Assembly: GCA_951406725.2 (NCBI GenBank)
Contig: OX597830.1
Location: forward strand, 51,894,001-51,958,000
DNA length: 64,000 bases
Direction: 5' to 3'
Source: Octopus vulgaris
Lineage: Eukaryota
The translations under genes and the position numbers were made by a program. Numbering within the stretch: position 1 is the first letter of the stretch; the number at the start of each line of letters is the position of its first letter. Below, piece by piece: positions 43,340-57,289 of the stretch. The notes beneath the pieces were generated by a model, which saw nothing but the letters and a program-made list of their open reading frames with translations, was not told where the DNA came from and ran no database searches.

Positions 43340-43795
43340 TTTGGGCAGGTGGCTTCAGCTATAGCCTCGGATCGATCAAGGCCTTGTGAGTGGATTTGGT
43401 AGCCGTCAACGAAAAGGAGCCCGCCGTGTACGCATACATACATACATACATACATACATACATACATACATACATACATACATACATACATACATACATA
43501 CATACATACATACGTACGTACATACATACATACGTATGTATGTATCTATGTATCTATGTATGTATCTATGTATGTATTTATGTTTACGTGTCTTTGTGTC
43601 AGTGTCTGTCGCCCACCACCGCTCGACAATCGGTGTTGATTGATTTGTTCACCTACCCGTAACATTAGCGGTTCGGCAATAGAGATCGATAGAATACGTA
43701 CCAGGCTTTTAAACATATGGATCATGGAGTCGATTTGTTCACTAAAATCCACAAGGAGGTGCACCTGCATGAACGCAGGCTAATGTCTAAAACAA
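43340..43795 (+). mobile_element. Diverged SINE family A with expanded (CATA)n interior
   Basis: ttgggcagg..ctatagcctcgg..gccttgtgagtggatttggtag..ttagcggttcggcaa. Confidence 0.75.
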
Positions 43796-43809
43796 GGGAA
43801 AGATAAATT

Positions 43810-43914
<105 letters not shown>

Positions 43915-44018
43915 CTTTACGGAAGTGGAAGGGCTGCGCATTACAAGTAGATATATAGAGTTAACTGAGGTTTATTCACATCTGTAACCCTACCCCGTAC
44001 TACAACTACTACTACTAT

Positions 44019-44103
<85 letters not shown>

Positions 44104-44870
44104 GATAATAATAATAATAATTATTATTATCATTATTATTATTATTATTATTATTGTTGTTGTTGTTATTATTATCATTATTATTATTGGTATTGTATAC
44201 TCCTATTACTACATCCCTCCAGTGAATGTATTCCTCATCCCCCCAGAATACTCGCTAACAATTATCTGTCTTTTTCATTGACAATCAGTATAAATTACCC
44301 CTAAGCTTTTGTTTTCTGTCTCAAACTAAATTTATTAATTTTTATTTGCTTTTAGATTTTATTTTATTTTTATCCTTTAAGTGTGTCAGCAACTCTTAAT
44401 TCATTTATCTCAATTCTTGGCTTTGGCCAACTTGAGTTAGCTCCCTTGGCTCGTCTTGTTTTACAAGAAGAAGAAGAAGAAGAAGAAGGAGGAAGAGGAG
44501 GAGGAGGAGAAGAGGACATGGAAGTGGGAGAGAACAGACAACCTAACATTGAGACAGATACATGGACAGACGAAGACAAAGGCTAAAGACAAAGAGTACA
44601 GAATTGTATAAATTATGAAAAAAAAAGCCAACAAAATGAAGTCCGCATTCCTGTCTGTGTGTCTACTTAAAATTTGCAGCCATCAACAATTTTATTAAAT
44701 TAATATGAACACTTAATGGTAAAATAGATTCTAATTTACCTATTAAAGCTTCACCAAGAACTGAATTATCGTATTTACCCTGGAGATGTCTTTTAATGTT
44801 GCCTGTATTATTTGGTGATCCCACAGCTAACTAGAGAGGATTTCGGTCTTTAGCTTGAAAGATTGCAGGT

Positions 44871-44930
44871 TCTCCTGTGACGTTCGATTATGTCCTTATA
44901 TCTCCTGTGACGTTCGATTATGTCCTTATA
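44871..44930. repeat. Perfect 30-bp tandem duplication
   Basis: tctcctgtgacgttcgattatgtccttata x2. Confidence 0.98.
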
Positions 44931-44968
44931 TTGTTTCAATGCTTACATATACAAATGTTATAATCTAA

Positions 44969-45172
44969 TAAGGCGGCGAGCTGGCAGAATCGTTAGCACG
45001 CCGGACGAAATGGTTAGCGGTATTTCGTCTGCCGTTACGTTCTGAGTTCAAATTCCGCTGAGGTCGACTTTGCCTTTCATCCTTTCGGGGCCGATTAAAT
45101 AAGTACAAGTTACGCACTGGTGTCGTTGTAATCGACTTAATCCGTTTGTTTGTCCTCTTTGTGTTTAGCCCC
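44969..45172 (+). mobile_element. tRNA-derived SINE family C
   Basis: A-box-like TGGCAGAATCG and B-box GAGTTCAAATTCC; copy at 8857-9051. Confidence 0.85.
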
Positions 45173-46258
45173 CTGAGAAAAAGGTAGATTGAACCACTTC
45201 TGTCACTGCCTACCATATCCAGACCTCTCAATGCTGTTGTTGAGATCCATATCAGTCCTTCTTCGACGGACTTATGATTAAAAGGACTCCAGCTTTGACC
45301 ATCCTGCTGCTTCGTAAATCAGGAGCCACCGCATGTAATGCGACCCTTTTTTAACGACAGTTAAGTGTGAGTGATTTAAAAACAGTCTGGTTTTAACAGC
45401 CAATCATGTAATTAGATGAAATATCTAATTCTGCATTTCTTTACCCGAAGGAAATTTTCCATTTGGTGTAAATTTCATGATTCCAGCGGGAAAAGAGGGA
45501 CACTCCAGCTGGTAAATTGTTGAAAAATTGAGAAATATTTTATCGTTATTCACACTGTTTCTGCTAGATTCCTTTTTTATTTTATGATAGTTTCAATGTT
45601 GTTATTGTTGAATGAACATTTTATTGTTTTTGTTAAGAATGCTTGGTGACTGATAAATTCAAATGAATTTCTTTGATGTCATTGATTATGCTTTCTGAAC
45701 GTGACCGTTGTTGTTTATGGTCATACGTGGAGGGTAATCGGAATGGGGAGCTCATATAAGGGATAAGGGAATACAGAAAAACTATTAGGGAACGCAAATC
45801 TAATTAATACTTAATTAAAGTTAAAGAATTACACAGATAAATGCCTCAATCTCTGACACCAGACGCCAAGAAGATGACTTTTCGTATCAATTCCACACGC
45901 ACAACATTGACTGAATTGATCGAAGTTCCAATGTGTCTCTATAGAAATGAACGAAAGGAAATAAGGGTAAGATAATAGGGTCACTTATGGAAAGTATAAA
46001 GCAACAGACAGGGAAGTCTTTAAGGGGTAGCTGTGTGAGTCACGCTACTGATATCCCACACTGCCCATACTCAAGCCAATTAGTTCTCAAATGGATAAGT
46101 CAACCTTTTAAAAATGTATAACTCGGTCGGTCCCTTGATGATTCGAAACCAACTTGTCTAGGATTCTAGGTACACTGCAGAAATGGACCTACACGCACAT
46201 CACAACACCCACATATCACAACGCTCATACACATAGTAAAATATACAGAGACAGACAG

Positions 46259-46308
<50 letters not shown>

Positions 46309-47086
46309 TAGATTACATGATTCAAATTAAAAAATAATCTTTTATTAGCCGTTAATTTGTATTTTTCTTTAGTGAAATAAATTTTCTCATTTGAGAACTA
46401 AATCTCAAACTTCTAAAGTTAAATTGAAATAAATTAGAAAAATTAAGTTGATTTGCAATTTGTGAAATTAAACAGACACCGCTGCAGTTAATGATGATTT
46501 GATGTACAACTGGATTTTAATTAATCCTGCTCTTTAACTATGAAAATCCCAGATTGTAATGTCAATATCTAATCGTATTTGTGAACGGCTGTTTCAAGGT
46601 TCGCATCCAGCCTGTGGGAGTCGGCGCAAAAGTTCAGGGGATTGCCAGAAAGGAGGGACTCAAACACAGAGTACAATGAACACTATGATGCTTTCTTTTG
46701 TTTTACACCGGTGCAAAGCAGCAGTTTGACCGGGAAGTACTAGAGCTGACCCCAGTATATTAATCGTTGTTTTTTCTTTCTGAACTATGTATGATTTAAG
46801 ACAAGCAAAGCTCCTGTGGGAATTGAAATCAAAATTGAAAAAATTTATATGTTAATTCATTGAGGATTTTAAATCCGCCCACCTTCAAAGGTTTATTTCA
46901 GAGAACTCTGTAAGCGGCGAGATGGAGACCCATAAATAAACACAACAGGCCCCGATACATATCTACATTTCTTTCTTTCAGAGATAAAGCTCAACCAGTT
47001 AATTCGGTACTTTGAGCCTCTAAATGATGTCTGAGTCGAGTCTCTGAAGTAGCGGAGATACCTCAAATATTTAAGAGATGAGGGAT

Positions 47087-47280
47087 TACTCTTTACTCTT
47101 TACTCTTTTACTTGTTTCAGTCATTTGACTGCGGCCAAGCAAATCGACCCCGGGACTTATTCTTTGTAAGACCAGTACTTATTCTATCGGTCTCTTTTGC
47201 CGAACCGATAAGTGACGGGGACGTAAACACACCAGCATCGGTTGTCAAGCAATGCTAGGGGGACAAACACAGACACACAA

Positions 47281-47311
<31 letters not shown>

Positions 47312-47482
47312 CATATATACGACAGGCTTCTTTCAGTTTCCGTCTACCAAATCCACACACAAGGCATTTGTCGGCCCGCGGCCATAGCAGAAGACACTTG
47401 CCCAAGATGCCACGCAGTGGGACTGAACCCGGAGCCATGTGGTTGGTTAGCAAGCTACTTACCACACAGCCACTCCTGCGCC
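47087..47482 (-). mobile_element. SINE family A, young copy
   Basis: Reverse complement of 20818-21214. Confidence 0.92.
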
Positions 47483-47508
47483 TATTATGTACATTATTTA
47501 CATTGACT

Positions 47509-47542
<34 letters not shown>

Positions 47543-47544
<2 letters not shown>

Positions 47545-48005
47545 TCGAAAAATACCTCAGAAACCAGAACCCAGATTCGAAATTTCCTCAAGAAACGCTG
47601 ATGAGGGCTGGAGGGTATATCAGCCGAAACGTTGTTAACAACAAACAAGATGAGGAGAAATATCCGTCAAATGTAAATAATGTAAATGATGTACATAATT
47701 CCTCATCTCTTAAATATAGAACTGTATTATCTAATCGGTATGGAGGCGACAACAGACTTCAGTGGAGACATATAGAGAAACTCCATCAAAAACTAGCTCG
47801 TCTTTCAAACCATCTAACTTTCTTGTGTAGATATAGAGATTCAAAGCTAATACCAACGGGCTTGAATATAATGACACCAGTGAATTCATATAAAGCTATA
47901 AGAATAGCGGAAAGTGCAAGACATGCCCTTGTCCGTGAGAGGATCCATTACAACCGTTGCAAATAACAGCAGCTAAATAATGAAATCAAAGAAAGTAACC
48001 ATAAT
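47543..48005 (+). mobile_element. Penelope/Poseidon-like element: pLTR with hammerhead followed by ORF N-terminus
   Basis: EKLHQKLARLSNHLTFLCRYRDSKLIPTGLNI..KAIRIAESARHALVRERI is a typical PLE N-terminus; hammerhead upstream; preceded by (AAT)n. Confidence 0.8.
47594..47636 (+). ncRNA. Minimal type I hammerhead motif (stem I imperfect)
   Basis: CUGAUGA-G-GGCUG(GAGGGUAUAU)CAGCC-GAAACGUU. Confidence 0.7.
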
Positions 48006-48009
48006 CTGG

Positions 48010-48641
<632 letters not shown>

Positions 48642-48916
48642 ATGATGTTGTTGGAAACGGACTTTTTTCAAACAACGAAAAAAAAAAAACAAGAGTACAA
48701 GACATACAACACAGAAATATTCCCCTTCTTCCGTTTCCATGGTTTTGTTTTTATGTTTTTATGTTTTCGTTTCTCATTGTGTTCTACGTTCATTTGTTGT
48801 GTCCTGTACCCATATATGCATATAGATATAGGTATGTACATATATGTATGTATGCATATGTTTTATTTATTATTTTGCTATTATATGATCGAACCCCACG
48901 CATCCACTTCCAAGTA

Positions 48917-48966
<50 letters not shown>

Positions 48967-49637
48967 GCTTCAAATCCTCTTGATTACGTGAGCCAATTTC
49001 GAACTCAAGTTCCGTCAGATTTAGTCGGTTATTCAACCCAATGAAAAATCGCTCTAGTTAAGGACCAGAGAAATAAAACATGGAATATTTAATGGTTGTG
49101 GGAGTTAGGATTTCTTAATTCAAACAGGATTTCTTAAGTTTGTTTAGGACTTCGTATACAAACGAAAGATATCAATTTATCAAGAATAACCTAAACCGGC
49201 AAACAGCCAGAGGTCAATAAACGAATTACCTCGTGCAGACACAAAGGCACACAAACGCAAACACACCCACATAGATATACGTACATGCACACACACACAC
49301 ACACACACACATATAACTCACAACGCCTACACCCAGTCACACACGCATTGTCAGGCACACACATACACACGCAAATTCGCACATAGAAATATGCACACGT
49401 ATACACACACACATACATACATACACGTATACATCACAACGCTAACGCTCAGACGCACAAACACACACATTGACATGCACACCCACCCACACACATGCAA
49501 GTGCACACAAAGATACACTCATATATGCACACATAAGATACAAGGATGCACATGTGCGCACATGCACGCTGAGACACGTATGTGCGCTAGGAAGTCAAGC
49601 ACTCACACACACACACATACATAAACATATACATAAA

Positions 49638-49721
<84 letters not shown>

Positions 49722-50299
49722 CATATAAACATACATACATACATGCATGCATGTATCCGCACATTATCGCATACACACACGAGGTACACTCATACTCTCA
49801 CACACATACAAACACACACGCATGCACAAATACATACAGACACAACCGCACACGCACACACATAAATAAAAGATGGAAACCCATATATACACACAACACA
49901 CCCCGTTAATTACCTAAAGTTCTTTCTATCGAATTTAGCGATAAAGCTCAGCCACTTAATTTGGTACCCTCAGCCACTGAACGATGTCTTTGAGTCTCCG
50001 AAGTAGCGGAGCTACCTGAAGTATTTTATTTGTCTTGGAAAAGATTGATTAAAGATCTGCTAAAAAATAAACATAATTAATGCTTGATTTTGTAATTATA
50101 CTGGAATTAATTCTATCAGCAGATCTATCACTTCCCCCTCCTTCCATTCCCCTTCTCCCCCCTCTCTCTCTCTCTTAACAGTTTCTCATCTCTTTGCCTC
50201 CAATCAACATTAAGATTCAACATGAAGGAACTGTCAATTGTTCTTCCTTCTTTCATTTCTTCGACTTATTTTTCATTTCGTTCTAGTTGCAGATGATAT

Positions 50300-51056
50300 T
50301 AGTTGTTGTTGTTGTTGTTCTTCTTCTTCTTCTTCTCCTTCTTCATCTTCGTCTTCTTCTTCTTCTTCTTCTCCTACCTCTTCCTTTTCTTCTTCATCTT
50401 TTTCTCCATCCACTTTTTCTCCATCTTCTTCTTCTTCTTCTTCTTCTTCTTCTTCTTCTTCTTCTTCTTCTTCTTCTTCTTCTACTTCCTTTTCTTCTTC
50501 AATTTTTTCTCCATCCCTTCTTCTTCTTCAGCTTCTCCTCCTCCTCCTATTCATGCTTCTCCCCATCCTTCCTCTTCATCCTCCTCCTTCTTCTCCTCCC
50601 CCTCATACTTGTCGTCCTCTATCTCCTCATCCTCGTCCTTTCTTCTACTTTCTCTTTTCTGTTTCTTTTTCTTCTCTTGTTCTTCTCCTCTCTTTCCTCC
50701 TCCTTCTTCACTTATTTCTTCCTCCTCCTCCTCCTCCTCCTTTTCTTCTTCGTGTTCTTCATCCCAAACTCCATTTTCTACATTCTACGCCTTTTCTTCC
50801 TTTTCTTCTTTTGCAGTCAACTCTCTTTACCTTCCTTCCTTCTCCTCCTTCTCTTCACTTTCTCTCCTCCTCCCCCTTCCCCTTCTTTTCTGCTCTTCCT
50901 TCTCTTCCATTTCCTTCCCTCTTTCTTCTTTTTCTTCTCCTCTTCCATTTCCTCTCCTTCTCCTTCTTCCCCTCCTTCTCTTCCACTTCCTCTCCTCCTC
51001 CTCTATCTTCTTTCTTTTCTTCTTCTTCTTCTCCTCCCCCTCCTCCTCCTTCTCTG
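50300..51056. repeat. Polypyrimidine (CTT/CCT)n tract
   Basis: Direct reading. Confidence 0.97.
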
Positions 51057-51287
51057 TAAGTCGCAAAGGTATTGCTAGCTTGTCTTCGTTCTTCCTTATG
51101 TTCTGTTCTCTTATTATTCTAATTAACGATCGTCTCTCTTCTGTTACCTTTTCGTTTTTGTCTTCACTTCTCTTAATTGATATTATTATAATTATCCTCA
51201 TTTTCGTTTTCGTCAGCTCCTTCATCATTATCATTAATTATCCGTTATCGCTTTATCCTATTTCTTCTGAAGCAGCAAAACTCTCTT

Positions 51288-51361
<74 letters not shown>

Positions 51362-51435
51362 TACATACATACATACATACATACATACTACATACATACA
51401 TCACAGATACAGACAGACAGCCACACACACACATA

Positions 51436-51471
<36 letters not shown>

Positions 51472-51493
51472 TATATATATTTACCTGTATTAA

Positions 51494-51530
<37 letters not shown>

Positions 51531-51533
51531 TTA

Positions 51534-52250
51534 TAATGAGTAAAACAGCTAGTTTTAAATATCTGAATGAAATCTAAGTAGAGACTATACTTCATAGTAA
51601 AATCTATTTGCTGTGAAGGGCCATGTTATAACCTTTTAACCCCAGGAAACCATCTTTCCCAGCTGGTTGTCTACACACAACCTGTGTCTGAAATATACTG
51701 TGAGCGAGGGAGCGTACTACTTCCTCCGAGCCACTAGCAGTAATTTCCCGTCCTCGGTTCTGGACAACCGCCGGCTACGGCTAGAAATAACAGCTTACTG
51801 GAGCCTACTCACAGTATATAAATATATAAGTGAAAGACAATCACTGATATCATTATGACTAAAACAGTTAATTTTAAATCTCTCTGAATGAGATGTAAGT
51901 AGTAACTATACTGCATAGAAAAATCTGTTTGCCAACGTAAGGTGGCAGTCCTGCGTAGGACTAAATTACTACCTTTTAACAGCAAGAAAATACACAATTT
52001 GTGTCTGAAACCTTTGGTCTGTTGGTACTGCTAGTGGCTGGGCGGGAGTAGTACGCTCCCTTGCTTACAGTATATTTCAGATACAGATTGTGTGTCGATA
52101 AACTGTTAGAGATGTTTTCCTGGGGTTCAAAGGTAGTAACATTGTCCTATACAGGACTGCCACCTTCAATTAGCAAACGGATTTTACTATGCAGTATGGC
52201 TACTACTTAGATCGCATTTAGAGATTTAAAACTAGCTGTTTTACTCATTA
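51534..52250. repeat. Three diverged copies of a 150-220-bp unit: direct, direct, inverted
   Basis: 51534-51745 (+), 51855-52012 (+), 52025-52250 (-) share taatgagtaaaacagctagttttaaat..tgtgtctgaaa. Confidence 0.85.
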
Positions 52251-52337
52251 CTTACTTGTACTTGTGGCGACTTTCACCCTGGGCGGGTTGAGTCGGCTTC
52301 TTCCACCACCCTCGAGGCATCTCGAACCATGGTCATA

Positions 52338-52703
52338 TTGCCAGTTTAGTCAATAAAACACACGCACTATACATCTGGTATTTACGTGTTTCATCTTTAT
52401 TTTATATTAATTGTATTTCGGCCAGAATTATTTCGTCGCACTTCTGTGACCTCATCAGCAAACAAAAACACACACACACAGAGATATACGAATACGCTAA
52501 TAAAGACACATACAGCAGGAATACAAAATGGCAGATCGTTAATAAGGGGAGACAAAAAACGAAATAAGAAAGCAAAGGACCACTGATGTGGTCATAGAAG
52601 TATGACCAAACAACTCCGGCCGAAATGCAAGTAATATAAAATAAAGCTGAAGCAAGTGAACACCAAATATTTAGAGCGTGTGTTTTCATTGGTTAAACTG
52701 GCA
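52338..52703. repeat. Degenerate inverted repeat of hammerhead-bearing pLTR-like units
   Basis: 52338-52458 vs 52583-52703; minus arm CUGAUGA-GGUCA..UGGCC-GAAA, plus arm CUGAUGU-GGUC..GGCC-GAAA. Confidence 0.75.
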
Positions 52704-52777
52704 AAATTACCATCGCCAAATACAACAATCTATATATATATATATAGAGAGAGAGAGATAAATAGAGAGATAGATAG

Positions 52778-52904
<127 letters not shown>

Positions 52905-53790
52905 TGTTTCTTTATTAGCCACACAGGGCTGCACACAGATAGAACAAATTACAAGGTAGAGCTTTTCTTTTGGGGGTAAAAAAAAAAAAAAAAAGAAGAA
53001 GGGGGGGAGAGTGGTGGTTTTCGATCAAAAGGGATCGTAAAAGGAAAGAAAAAGGACAAAAAAAGGGGAGGGGTTAAAAAAAGGGGGGGAGAAAAAAAAT
53101 GAATAATAGGAATCGTTATCACAGAAATGTCAATATGAAGTGTAAAGGGGAGGACAGGTGAGGTTTACCCATGGAAAGAAAAGCCTACGGAAAAGACCAC
53201 GGTAACCTCGGTCAATGAAGTCACATGTTATATTTCTTTTTTTTTTTTTTTTTGCAAATAAGCAACTCTCTGTATTAATTTTTATGGTTCATAGAATCAT
53301 AGTCAAGGTGGCTTCGTCATTCATACGTGCCATCCTTGCTACATTCACCCATCTTTTTTTAAAACATTCACTAGACAAAACTTGCCTCTCTACTCTCACT
53401 TTCCTCTTCAAGTGATACTTGAAGAAGTTGATGAGAGATTGACCAGAGAGGAAAGTGTTTGTCTCTAATCCTTTCAGGCGCGTCCACCAGATACATTCTT
53501 TCGCCATAGCCACAAGTATGATAAAAATAGCTCTTCCTTCCCGTTTGAAAGAAGGCGGCGTGACGATATTAACGATAGACTCGGCTGATAAACCGACACG
53601 TCCCACACGTGACAGCAGTCGTTCGACATAAGCCCACAGGTGGGAAATTGCTGGACACTGCACGATTGCGTGCAGAGCGGTTTCGTCGCTCTGCCCGCAT
53701 CTCGTTGCAGGTCGGCCCCGTGTTTCTCGAGCCATGCCTATAGAGCTTATCCCGAACGGGTAGCGCTTCTCGGTAGCACCGCCAAAGGGC
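52905..53790 (-). mobile_element. Tx1/L1-like LINE copy 3: ORF2 C-terminus (zinc-binding region) and 3' UTR
   Basis: LWRCYREALPVRDKL..TC.RCGQSDETALHAIVQCP..W..AKECIWWTR (CxxC..H....C); 3' end AATAAA then (TATC)n. Confidence 0.9.
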
Positions 53791-53955
53791 TGGCCTTGTC
53801 ACTCTCTGTGTCACGCTGAATATCCCCGAGAGAACTACGTTAAGGGTGCACGTGTCTGTGGAGTGCTCAGCCACTTACACGTTAATTTCACGAGCAGGCT
53901 GTTCCGTTGATTCGGATCAACCGGAACCCTCGTCGTCGTAACCGACGGAGTGCTT
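53783..53955 (+). mobile_element. SINE 3' module D
   Basis: Matches 5412-5560 and 61785-61945. Confidence 0.8.
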
Positions 53956-54074
53956 CCCCCAATGTTACAGTCTTTTTAACGACTTCCTTCGTGAATTTTT
54001 CTCCATTTGTGGTTATGGAAACTAATCAAAAGCAAAAAATGAGAATGACGCTAAAAATGATGATGATGATAGCG

Positions 54075-54605
54075 TGAGAAGGAAGAAGGAGAAGAAGAAG
54101 ATGAAGAAGGAGAAGATGAAGAAGAAGAAGAAGAAGAAGGAGAAGAAGGAGAAGAAGAAGAAGAAGAAGAAGAAGAAGAAGGAGAAGAAGAAGAAGAAGA
54201 AGAAGAAGAAGAAGAAGAAGAAGAAGAAGAAAAAGAGAACAAAGATAAGAAGGAGAACGATTGAGATAAGAAGGTGGAAGGCCGATGAAGGAAAAATAAT
54301 AATAAGCATGGCTGTAATGGTCTTGATGATACTCGACAAGGAGGAGAAGACGAAGAAGACGAAGAAGAAGAAGAAGAAGAAGAAGAAGAAGAAGAAGAAG
54401 AAGAAGAAGAAGAAGAAGAAGAAGAACCACTACAACAAGTACGACAAGAACACCAACAAGAACTACAACAATAAAATGTGGTAGTGGGTGGCTGTGGTGC
54501 AGTAGGAGGAGGAGGAAAGGGAGGAGGAGGAGGAAGAGGAGGAGGACGGGAAGAGGACGGCGACGACGACGACGAAGAAGAAGCGGCGGCGGAGGAGGAG
54601 GAGGA
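54075..54605. repeat. (GAA/GGA)n purine tracts
   Basis: Direct reading. Confidence 0.95.
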
Positions 54606-54853
54606 AGTTAGACGGCCGGCAACAATAACAACCAATGACAACACCCGGAGTAGCAACGATGACAATCAGCAACAACAACAACAACAAAAACAACGGCCAC
54701 AAGCAGAGCGAGAGAGAATTTGTCACCGAATACATGAAAGGAGATCTTTTACTGCCTACGAATATCTTCTTGATTGTTGACATTATTTAATTAACGTCAA
54801 TGGTTCGTCAAGTCTAGTTCTCTGGAAATATATGTGTATGCATGAGTATGTGC

Positions 54854-54955
<102 letters not shown>

Positions 54956-54970
54956 TTGTATATATGCCTA

Positions 54971-55037
<67 letters not shown>

Positions 55038-55140
55038 CATATATGTATATATATATCTGTGAATGAGCAAGTACTAACGTATTAAACTATAGGTATGTAT
55101 GCATGGATATATACCTGTATACATTTATACATGTACGTAA

Positions 55141-55184
<44 letters not shown>

Positions 55185-55204
55185 TTTCACACATAAATAT
55201 AAAC

Positions 55205-55239
<35 letters not shown>

Positions 55240-55273
55240 AATATATAAAGATATATATATACATATATGTGTG

Positions 55274-55311
<38 letters not shown>

Positions 55312-56154
55312 TACATATACATATATACATAAATCTATAAACATGTATGTATGTTTGTATGCATATGCTCCATTGTACAGCTTTATATTTACAGGCATAT
55401 CTATAGGAAAATGAAAATAATAAATGCATAAATGGATAGTTAAATACGCGCATGAACAAAACCTGGCAACAATATCTTTAAAAAACATCAGAGGAAAATA
55501 TGCAGTTGTATGAGTTTGTTTACAGGCCTGTTAATTTAAGCATTCTTACACAATAGATATTACGAGACCAGTTATATAGCATTGCAAATGGTGGATCATT
55601 AATATTTTGTAAAGAACGGAAAATCAGTATTGATGGCTAACATATACATAGATCTCTACTGAATGAAATTGTTCCAAGACAAACACGAAACTTCAAATTG
55701 GTGTTCTTTAATTGAACACAATGAAAGAAGACAATTCTCTGCAATGTGGTGTGTATTGATTCCAAGTGCCTACTTGAGATGGCTTTCCATAATGATAAAT
55801 AAAGCGTTTTATACACAGCCTTTTGTCATTCATATTGTTTTATCTTCGCATTGGTATTGGTCACAATACCATCATTCACGCGCAGGCAGACATACATACA
55901 TGCATACATACATACATACATACATACATACATACATACATACATACATACATACATACACTCATACATACATACATACATACATACATACATACATACA
56001 TACATACATACATACATACATACATACATTCATACATATATAGAAACACACATATATATGCACGCACACATTTATTCATATATACTTATATCATGTACAC
56101 AAACAGACATACACTTTTATATCAATGGATGCTTATATATACATACATATCTAT

Positions 56155-56192
<38 letters not shown>

Positions 56193-56652
56193 GCGCGTGC
56201 AACCTTATTTACGTCTCACTTTATGGATGCCCATTAACATCTTTATGTGGATATGTATGCACATAAGTGTATATATGTGTACATATGTTTTATATATATA
56301 TATATACATACATACATACACATATACATATTGTATATCATGACTTATATGCATTCATATATGAATACCAGATAAATATGCAAATACATGTTCATCTACA
56401 TGCTTCATAAGGGCATGAAATACATATGTGGTGAGGTATATTACGCATGAATGAAATTATTGTGACGAGGAAAGATGTGCTTGATTGTGTGTTTATATGT
56501 ATGTGTATAAAAAATATATGCTTGCATGTATTTATAAATATATATATATATATATATATAATACACACACACACTCATACACACATATATATACATGCAT
56601 ACATTCATACACACACACATACACCAGCAAATATAGCTTTATATATATGTAA

Positions 56653-57055
56653 GCACAGGAGTGGCTGTGTGGTAAGTAGCTTGCTAACCAACCACATGGT
56701 TCCGGGTTCCGTCCCACTGCGTGGCATCTTGGGCAAGTGTCTTCTGCTATAGCCCCGGGCCGACCAATGCCTTGTGAGTGGATTTAGTAGACGGAAACTG
56801 AAAGAAGCCTGTAGTATATATGTATACATATATATGTATGTGTGTGTGTCTGCGTTTGTTCCCCTAGCATTGCTTGACAACCGATGCTGGTGTGTTTACG
56901 TCCCCGTCACTTAGCGGTTCGGTAAAAAGGGACCGATAGAATAAGTTCTGGGCTTACAAAAAGAATAAGTCCCTGGGTCGAGTTGCTCGACTAAAGGCGG
57001 TGCTCCAGCATGGCCGCAGTCAAATGACTGAAACAAGTAAAAGAGTAAAGAGTAA
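56653..57055 (+). mobile_element. SINE family A, young copy
   Basis: Near-identical to 20818-21214. Confidence 0.92.
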
Positions 57056-57102
57056 ATAGTATGTGTATCTATCTATCTATTTATCTAGATAGGTAGATAG
57101 AT

Positions 57103-57198
<96 letters not shown>

Positions 57199-57289
57199 TA
57201 GAAGATATACAGACACACAGATATGCATGTATTTATGTATGTGTGTATTTATATGTTCTCATTCAGGTCTAACGACCCTCCATGTTTCT

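Noticed and set aside
44370-44586. Short ORFs on both strands (EEEEGGRGGG / PPPPSSSS)
   Set aside because: Driven by a GAA/GGA repeat; no splice or homology support
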